Shown in pieces: positions 19,007 through 24,849 of a stretch of DNA of 24,849 bases. The notes beneath the pieces are model-generated. The model worked only from the letters and a program-made list of their open reading frames with translations. It had not been told where the DNA came from and searched no databases. The stretch is from Deltaproteobacteria bacterium (GTDB lineage: Bacteria > JAGRBM01 > JAHCIT01): NCBI GenBank assembly GCA_026129095.1, contig JAHCIT010000004.1, positions 310,001 through 334,849 on the forward strand. Direction: 5' to 3'. Both the position numbers and the translations under genes were made by a program. Numbering within the stretch: the first letter of the stretch is position 1; each line of letters starts with the position of its first letter.

Positions 19007-19782
19007 TCCAGGCAGCCAGACGGCACCCCACCGGCGCATTCACCCTGCTGGAGGTCATGGTGGCGATCGCCATCCTGGCGCTCATGACGAGTGCCACCTA
19101 TGCCGCTCTCGTCCCGGCCCTTGAGGGCAAGGCACGCGCCGAACAGATCCAGCTCGCCTACAACCGGATCAACCGTTTCGTGAACCGGCTGGACCGGGAG
19201 CTCAGGGGGGCCTATTTCGGCATCAATCCGGCATCGACCCGCCGCAACTGCATGGACCGGGCGGACACCTGCCCCTATGTCTTCATCGGGAAGAACTCCG
19301 GCGAGCTGGATGAGGTCCGGTTCGTGACCACCGCCCTCAGCGTGTCCGTCCACCGGCCATCCAGCGACGAGGCGCTCATTGCCTATTTTACGGGCCGCCC
19401 GGCGGATACCACCATCACGGGCCCGGCCCTGTTCCGCCAGCAGGCGCTTGTCCATGACCGGAACAGCTACACCAAATACGCCGTCCAGGAACGCGAAGTC
19501 CTGCCCAACATCACCCGGTTCGACCTTCGCTACCTGAACCGCGGAACAGAGGACGAGTGGATCGATGACTGGGACTCGACCGACGAAATGAGCGAGGACA
19601 AGTTCGGGCATCTGCCGCGCGCCGTGGAAATCCTGATCGAGTACGACGATCCGGATGCCGGCAACCAGAGCCTCTACACGGTCACCTACATACCTGCCTC
19701 CAAGCCCTGCAAGAACCCGGGAGGGGGGCAGCGGCCCTCCAATGAAGCGCCCGGCAAGCGCGTGGGGAACTCCTGCCCATGA
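19003..19782 (+). CDS. gspJ: Minor pseudopilin J
   Basis: GTG start at 19003 overlapping the gspI stop (track ORF from 18343 is over-extended); TGA|FTLLEVMVAIAIL; LDRELRGAY; FDLRY..EWIDDWDS...LPRAVEI. Confidence 0.85.
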   Translation: MIQAARRHPTGAFTLLEVMVAIAILALMTSATYAALVPALEGKARAEQIQLAYNRINRFVNRLDRELRGAYFGINPASTRRNCMDRADTCPYVFIGKNSGELDEVRFVTTALSVSVHRPSSDEALIAYFTGRPADTTITGPALFRQQALVHDRNSYTKYAVQEREVLPNITRFDLRYLNRGTEDEWIDDWDSTDEMSEDKFGHLPRAVEILIEYDDPDAGNQSLYTVTYIPASKPCKNPGGGQRPSNEAPGKRVGNSCP

Positions 19783-21542
19783 GGTTTTCCGCTTTCTTCC
19801 GGGTCGGGCGGCCACGTATCCGGCGTGCCAGGAGCCGTGAACGCGGGGTGGCCCTGGTCGTGGCGCTGCTCATGATGGTTCTTGCCGTGGCCGCTGCAGC
19901 CGAGTTCCTTTACAACACCCAGGTCGACCTGCAGGGAGCGGCCAACGCCCGCCAGCGGCAGCAGGCGAGGTTTGCGGCCAAGGCCGGCGTCGAGGCCGGG
20001 GCCACGTTCCTAAGGATTGACCGGTTCAACGACTGGGCAGCCATGATGATGGATCTGGGGATGCCGGGATTCGGGATCGGGGGGTTTGTCAGGCTCGCCA
20101 ACGAATCGGTCGATGACGCCGAGCAGAGGCGCAGGGACCGCGAGCAGGCCATTGCCCATGGCGACAAGGCACCGTCGATGGGCACGGCGGCGAGTCCCTA
20201 CGATCCGCCCAATGGATACCTTTCGTTCATCTCCAGCACGACCGGGTTCAACTTCTTTGAGGACGACAACGTGGACGTGGAAATCCGGTTCCATGACGAA
20301 GCCGGAAAGTTCAACATCAACGCGCTGGTCTACTGGATGCCGTACGGCGGCGGAAAACCGTCGTTCAATGTCCGCCTGTACCGCCAGATCGCCCAGCTCA
20401 TCATCGACCAGACCGTTCCTTACGGTGACCAGCAGGGCGGGACCGTGGCCCGGCTCCGCCGCAAGTTCCAGCAGAAGGGCGCGCACCGTTTCCAGGGCGA
20501 CCGCGACTCCAGGGACGAGGATGCCCTGGAGGACGCCCCCACCGTCGAGGAGGTCGGCAAGATCATGTGCGCGATCCTCGACTGGCTCGATCCCGACGAT
20601 CACGAAGGGGGCGGATCGGCGGGCTCCTACAACTGTGACGGAGGAGCGGAGCGGAACTACTACACCGGGCTGGACGAGCCGTACGAGCCCCGGAATGGCC
20701 CGATGGAGTCGATCGGTGAGCTGAGGCTCATCCGCGGCATGACGCCGGGGATGTACCGGAAGATCGCGCCCTTCCTGACGGTATACACACGCACCGACTA
20801 CAACGACCCTCCGCAGGGCAACAACAACTGCCTGTCGACGCTCTACGCACCGGATACGCCGCCGAACAAGGCGCCCGGCATGCCGTGTTTTTCGCCGGAC
20901 GTGAACCTCCACACGGCCCCCGACCCGGTGATCGAGGCGTTCTTCATCGGCGGATGCCAGGGCAACAACCCCCAGTTCGGCGACTGCATACAGGATTATC
21001 CGCGCCTGAACACGCTGGAAAACCGTGAAAACCTGCTCACGGCCATCAACTGCTTCCGGGGGCCGGGCCTGAGGAGCGACCGGGTAATCAACACCCAGTC
21101 GGCCATCGGACAGGCGGCCATCGGGGAGAAATCCGACGCCGTGCAGCTTGGGCGGGGCGCCAAGGGCGAACTGGACGGGCCGGACCCCAACAAGTTCCTC
21201 TGTCCCAAGCAGGCCAGCCAGGGAGGCCCCATGCCCTACCTGTTCATACCGGAGACGCTGAAGGCCGTCCTGAACAACGCCAACCTGCCCTATACCGGCG
21301 ACGAGCTCCTGAACATCTCCAACCGGTTCATCCTCGGGCTCAGCATGCAGAAGCCCCCCTCGCCCCAGAAGTTCGACACCATCACCTCCCGCTGGATCAC
21401 AATTGAGGCGGTCGGACAGGTCGGAGTCGCCACCGATTTTGAACCGGTCGAGTCCCGGGTTGCAGCGACGGTCTATATCCCGCCCATGGCAAGCCCCAGC
21501 GAACCGCCCGTGGCCGAAATCCTACGGTGGGACCAGGACTGA
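19779..21542 (+). CDS. gspK: Minor pseudopilin K, unusually long (587 aa)
   Basis: RERG|VALVVALLMM (no Glu5, typical of GspK); DEAGKFNINAL; AILDWLDPDD; GAERNYY...PYEPRNGPMESIGELRLIRGM; PFLTVY; VNLHTAP; C-terminal ITIEAVGQVG. Confidence 0.92.
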   Translation: MRFSAFFRVGRPRIRRARSRERGVALVVALLMMVLAVAAAAEFLYNTQVDLQGAANARQRQQARFAAKAGVEAGATFLRIDRFNDWAAMMMDLGMPGFGIGGFVRLANESVDDAEQRRRDREQAIAHGDKAPSMGTAASPYDPPNGYLSFISSTTGFNFFEDDNVDVEIRFHDEAGKFNINALVYWMPYGGGKPSFNVRLYRQIAQLIIDQTVPYGDQQGGTVARLRRKFQQKGAHRFQGDRDSRDEDALEDAPTVEEVGKIMCAILDWLDPDDHEGGGSAGSYNCDGGAERNYYTGLDEPYEPRNGPMESIGELRLIRGMTPGMYRKIAPFLTVYTRTDYNDPPQGNNNCLSTLYAPDTPPNKAPGMPCFSPDVNLHTAPDPVIEAFFIGGCQGNNPQFGDCIQDYPRLNTLENRENLLTAINCFRGPGLRSDRVINTQSAIGQAAIGEKSDAVQLGRGAKGELDGPDPNKFLCPKQASQGGPMPYLFIPETLKAVLNNANLPYTGDELLNISNRFILGLSMQKPPSPQKFDTITSRWITIEAVGQVGVATDFEPVESRVAATVYIPPMASPSEPPVAEILRWDQD

Positions 21543-21549
21543 TCCCCAG

Positions 21550-21906
21550 CTAGCCCGAAACCCTGACCGTGGCTGCCTTGGTCCGGCAGGATTTCCCGGC
21601 GAGGCACCACGTCTTGCCGGCGCTCTGGTCCATCATGTTGTCACGGTCCTTCACCTCGATCCGGTACAGCTGCCGCCCCTTGACCCGGAAACTGCACTTG
21701 TAGGAATCCTCGCAGGCGTGGTCACGGTAGCTCTGCCCGTCAACGACGATGAATGGGTCGGGCGGACCGCCCAGGATGTCCCAGGTAGAGCCATCAGGCC
21801 GGAGCGGGTCCATCTGGACCGAAATGATCCGCTCAACCGGCGAACTGCACCCCGCGAGCGCGGCCAGTGCGAGAGCTGCGGCCATCTGACGGATCAAGGG
21901 AGTCAC
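21550..21906 (-). CDS. Small lipoprotein with C2-domain-like motifs
   Basis: GTG 21906 overlaps the TfoX gene stop (GTGA); MTPLIRQMAAALALAALAGC lipobox; WDILGGPPDPFIVV and IEVKDRDNMMDQSAG. The 286-aa track ORF is over-extended. Confidence 0.72.
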   Translation of the reverse strand: MTPLIRQMAAALALAALAGCSSPVERIISVQMDPLRPDGSTWDILGGPPDPFIVVDGQSYRDHACEDSYKCSFRVKGRQLYRIEVKDRDNMMDQSAGKTWCLAGKSCRTKAATVRVSG

Positions 21907-22307
21907 CGGCGGGCTCCCCGGCCGGAACGGCGCCGGGGTGCTCCCGGACGGGGCCTTAAGCGCGCAGGACGGCATTTCGGGGCCGAGGCCGCCGCGACCG
22001 AAGCATCGAGGGCTAGCCGTGCCCATGCAGCGAGTTCCTTGCTGTCCTCGATGATGTCTGCCGGAACCTCGTAGTAGTTCCTGAGCGCCACCTTCCCGCC
22101 GGGGGAAAAGGGTTCCATGCCGGCCGATTCGTACCGGGGGCGGGTTTCCGGTCCGGTCCGGAAATAAAGCCGCTCTTTCCAGATCAGCCCGAAAAACAGG
22201 CCATCGTGATAAAGGCCGTAGCCACCGAACATCGCGCGCGCCGTGGCGCCGCCCAGCAAGCCAAGCTGATCCAGCACGAAATCCCGGTATGATTCCCCTG
22301 CCGCCAT
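21903..22307 (-). CDS. TfoX/Sxy N-terminal domain protein
   Basis: FVLDQL..LGGATARAMFGGYGLYHDGLFFGLI..RLYFR...GMEPF..NYYEVPADIIEDSKELAAWARLAL; start at ATG 22307. Confidence 0.9.
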   Translation of the reverse strand: MAAGESYRDFVLDQLGLLGGATARAMFGGYGLYHDGLFFGLIWKERLYFRTGPETRPRYESAGMEPFSPGGKVALRNYYEVPADIIEDSKELAAWARLALDASVAAASAPKCRPARLRPRPGAPRRRSGRGARR

Positions 22308-22393
22308 GTTGAGGGAGTTTACCGGAGCGGCTGGCTGGAAACAGGGGTCTGAAGGCCCCTGGGCCGTCACCCGACGAAAGGCGCCTACCGGTC

Positions 22394-22423
22394 TTGACAG
22401 AGGGGGGCATTAGCCCCTAAAGC
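22394..22423 (+). promoter_or_regulatory. Candidate sigma70-type promoter for the zinc-ribbon/DAGK genes
   Basis: Perfect TTGACA at 22394-22399, N18, imperfect -10 TAAAGC. Confidence 0.35.
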
Positions 22424-22514
22424 AACGCGCCACCGGGGGTTTTTCACAAAAAAGTCCCCCCCCGGCAGGCCCCGGAAAGGACTCGTCTTTTCCGGCCTGT
22501 GGAGCGAGGCAGCC

Positions 22515-23276
22515 ATTTCATCCCAACTGATCCAGAACCTGCTCAACCTGGCCCGTTTTGATGACGAGATCACAAGTCTCGAACGAACCGTCAAGGAGAG
22601 CCCGGTCAAGCTCGAAGCCTTCGAAGGGCAGATCCGCTCGCAAGGCCAGGGGGCGGACGTACTGCGCCGCCGCCGGGATGCCCTCCAGAAGAGCCGTGAC
22701 CAGAAGGTCGTCTTCCTCGCCACCGAGAAGGAGAACCTCAAGCGCATCGAGGCCCGGCAGCTCCAGATCAAGACCGAGCGCGAGCAGACGGCGGTCATGA
22801 AAGAGCTCGAAAACTCCAAACGGATGATCGAGACGGTATCCGACGAGATCAAGAAGCTCGAAGTGGACATCGGCATCCAGGTCACCGACCTTACCAGGCT
22901 CGAAGAACAGATGAACGCCGAACGCGCCCGGCTGCAGCCGGAAATCGACGCCGTGAACACGGCCGCCACCGGGGCCAAGCAGAAGCTGGATTCCATGCTG
23001 GCCGACCGGAACAAGCTGATCGAAAAGGTCGACCAGCGGTGGTACCGCGTCTACGAGCGGGTCCGCTCGGTCAAGGGCCGCGGCATCGTCCCGATCGACT
23101 ACACCCCCGGTTCCAAGAAGGCCGCCCGCTGCTCCGGCTGCAACATGACCGTGCAGATGCAGAAGGTGAACCAGGTGCTCCGCGTTTCGGAGCTCCAGAC
23201 CTGCGACTACTGCGGCCGCATCCTTTACCACGCCGGTGAGGCCGCCGAAGACGGCGAAAAGGCCGCCAGCAAGTAA
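22515..23276 (+). CDS. C4-type zinc ribbon coiled-coil protein (DUF164 / zf-RING_7; HP0958/CT398-like), probable ATT start
   Basis: C-terminal RCSGCNM...TCDYCGRILY. The frame is open upstream of the track ATG (22797) and encodes the family-typical N-terminus LIQNLLNLARFDDEITSLE and a coiled coil; SD GGAGCGAGG lies 5 nt before ATT at 22515. Confidence 0.85.
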   Translation: MSSQLIQNLLNLARFDDEITSLERTVKESPVKLEAFEGQIRSQGQGADVLRRRRDALQKSRDQKVVFLATEKENLKRIEARQLQIKTEREQTAVMKELENSKRMIETVSDEIKKLEVDIGIQVTDLTRLEEQMNAERARLQPEIDAVNTAATGAKQKLDSMLADRNKLIEKVDQRWYRVYERVRSVKGRGIVPIDYTPGSKKAARCSGCNMTVQMQKVNQVLRVSELQTCDYCGRILYHAGEAAEDGEKAASK

Positions 23277-23288
23277 CGCTTCCACCCC

Positions 23289-24281
23289 GTGCCCCCAGCA
23301 TCACCCCGCGCCGGCCTGCTCATCAACCGCAACGCCCGCGGCAACCGGAAGACGCCCGGCTTCGAGCGCCGCGCCCGGTACCTGCTCGATGACGATTTCG
23401 CCATTGTCCGGGCCACGTCCAGCGTGGACGAGGTGGACGGCGTGCTGCGGGAGTTCGCCTCCGCAAACGTGAACGAGCTGGCTGTTTCGGGCGGAGACGG
23501 AACGATCCACTACCTCTATTCCCGGTGGCTCACGCTGTTCGGACCGGAAAAGCCGGTCCCGCCGCTACTGGTGCTGGGTGATGGCGGCATGAACATGCTG
23601 TTCAATGACGTGGGACTGGCGGGCTCGCCCGACGGCGTACTTGTCCGCTGGGCGGAAATCTTCGAGGAGGGCCGCACTCCGCGCCGGGTACAGCGGAACC
23701 TGATCGAGGTGAGATTCGATGGCGGCGACCCCGTTTACTGCTTCACCTTTACCGATGGCTTCATCGCCAGGTTCGTCCTGAAATACCTGGAAACCGACGG
23801 CGGCCCCGCCGAAACCACCAAGATGATTCTCCGGTTCGTGGCCGACGCCGTGACCCGCCCCGAGCAGGCGTACAATCAATGGTACAAACCGCTGGAGGCG
23901 GCCTACCATTCCAGCGAGGGCGTCACCCCCGGCGGCGAGACGCTCACGGCCCAGACGTTCTGCGTCGCCTCGACCATCCAGACGCTTATCCTGGGCTTCC
24001 AGCTTTTCGAGTATCCGCCCCGCACCGGCAGCCACATGGGTTTCATGACCTACCGGACCGACAACCTGTACAAGACCGCCGCCTCACTGCCCCTCGTCAT
24101 GTGGGGGCGCGGACGGTTGCGGAACTGGGGCGACGAGATTCATCTCCGGCAGTTCGGCCCCCGCAGTCTCAGGATCGAGAACTGCGGACTCACGGTGATT
24201 GACGGCGAGCCCTACGAAACCGGCCGGCTCCGGACCTGCGAGCTCACGCTCGGCCCCACTGTCGATATTACGGTCGTCTGA
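23289..24281 (+). CDS. Diacylglycerol kinase family (DAGKc) lipid kinase-like protein
   Basis: GLLINRNAR (NxxA/S motif), AVSGGDGTI, LGDGGMNML (variant of PxGTxN), C-terminal IDGEPY. Confidence 0.85.
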   Translation: MPPASPRAGLLINRNARGNRKTPGFERRARYLLDDDFAIVRATSSVDEVDGVLREFASANVNELAVSGGDGTIHYLYSRWLTLFGPEKPVPPLLVLGDGGMNMLFNDVGLAGSPDGVLVRWAEIFEEGRTPRRVQRNLIEVRFDGGDPVYCFTFTDGFIARFVLKYLETDGGPAETTKMILRFVADAVTRPEQAYNQWYKPLEAAYHSSEGVTPGGETLTAQTFCVASTIQTLILGFQLFEYPPRTGSHMGFMTYRTDNLYKTAASLPLVMWGRGRLRNWGDEIHLRQFGPRSLRIENCGLTVIDGEPYETGRLRTCELTLGPTVDITVV

Positions 24282-24300
24282 AAAGGCGGCCCCCAGGCAC

Positions 24301-24330
24301 AATTAAAAGGGGCCGGCTTTCGCCGGCCCC
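24301..24330 (-). terminator. Intrinsic (Rho-independent) terminator
   Basis: Minus strand GGGGCCGGC-GAAA-GCCGGCCCC (perfect 9-bp stem, 24309-24330) followed by TTTTAATT; lies between convergent genes. Confidence 0.85.
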
Positions 24331-24385
24331 GGGGTCTAGGGAAAACCTCGATGGAGGCGGAGGGTCCTCCATCGGGGAAGGGGGC

Positions 24386-24610
24386 TTAGTTGTCGGTCAC
24401 GCGGACCTTCAGACCTTTCAGGTCTCCCTGGAAGCGGATCCGGCCTGCATTGATCAGCCGACCCACCGAACGGGCCACGTCGGCCTTGTCCAAGGCCACC
24501 TTGGCGGTGGCGAGGGTTTCCACGACGTCGGAGAGAGTGAGCCGCTCGTCACGCTGGGCCGAGGGGCCCAGGCGACGGAAACCAAGATTGTTGAACTGCG
24601 TATCGCTCAC
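24386..24610 (-). CDS. Small hypothetical protein (~74 aa)
   Basis: GTG 24610 with GGAGAGG upstream; GC3-rich codons; flanked by a sigma54 promoter and a terminator; LTLSDVVETL...VARSVGRLINAGRIRFQG. Confidence 0.7.
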   Translation of the reverse strand: MSDTQFNNLGFRRLGPSAQRDERLTLSDVVETLATAKVALDKADVARSVGRLINAGRIRFQGDLKGLKVRVTDN

Positions 24611-24646
24611 TTTGGTTACGTTCCTCTCCGGACGCACGGCTTGAGG

Positions 24647-24662
24647 TGCACGAAAAATGCCA
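24647..24662 (-). promoter_or_regulatory. Sigma54 (-24/-12) promoter
   Basis: Minus strand TGGCATTTTTCGTGCA has exact GG-N10-GC spacing; predicted +1 near 24636, just upstream of the SD of the small gene. Confidence 0.7.
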
Positions 24663-24823
24663 AAATACCGGCAGGCGTGGCAAAGCCGTCATAAATACGC
24701 GCAAAGTTTGACAGAATTCACATTCATGGTCGCCCGATGAATCGCCCAAAGGGGTGTCAAAAGCGTCAATATCACTGAGGTCTGTCAATTTTCTGACTGC
24801 AAAAAATGATCTGCGTCACTTTG

Positions 24824-24849
24824 CGTGGTGAGCCGTGGTGAGCCGTGGT
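24824..24849. repeat. 10-bp tandem repeat CGTGGTGAGC, 2.6 copies, truncated by the window end
   Basis: Copies at 24824-24833 and 24834-24843, partial copy at 24844-24849. Confidence 0.7.

Noticed and set aside
21903..22307. TfoX as competence master regulator implying the pilin cluster is a DNA-uptake system
   Set aside because: Only the widespread stand-alone N-terminal domain is present; the cluster has T2SS-specific GspC, GspG and GspK and no comEA, comEC or pilT
21907..22410. 286-aa ORF suggesting a long N-terminal domain on the lipoprotein
   Set aside because: Overlaps the TfoX-N gene in another frame; the lipobox requires a start near 21906
22385..23285. Minus-strand ORFs 22385-23014 and 22518-23285
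   Set aside because: Antisense to the DUF164 gene, which has clear family motifs
24824..24849. Terminal repeat as the start of a CRISPR array
   Set aside because: Units are 10 bp and directly adjacent with no spacers; no cas genes in the window

Overview
GC-rich bacterial chromosomal window; gene content and order resemble deltaproteobacterial (Myxococcota/Desulfobacterota-like) genomes, which is an inference. (1) 1-10384, minus strand: one apparent operon of ten closely packed or overlapping genes. In transcription order: XRE regulator, two-TM membrane protein, FxLYD-type lipoprotein, stand-alone B12-binding (methylmalonyl-CoA mutase C-terminal) domain, exported TPR/HExxH peptidase-like protein, MoxR AAA+ ATPase, DUF58, BatA/vWA, DUF4159, and a vWA/GATase1-like membrane protein that runs off the window and is missing from the ORF track. 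(2) 10747-21542, plus strand, divergent from a shared AT-richer intergenic region: a type II secretion operon gspCDEFGHIJK that stops after an unusually long, Cys-rich GspK, with no gspL/M/N/O/S. (3) 21550-24849: a convergent TfoX-N plus C2-like lipoprotein pair; a DUF164 zinc-ribbon gene that appears to start at a non-canonical ATT codon behind a structured leader; a diacylglycerol-kinase-family gene; a small protein with a well-formed sigma54 promoter, candidate activator sites and a terminator; and a 10-bp tandem repeat at the window edge. No rRNA, tRNA, CRISPR array or mobile element was recognised. All calls come from motif recognition by eye; no searches were run.
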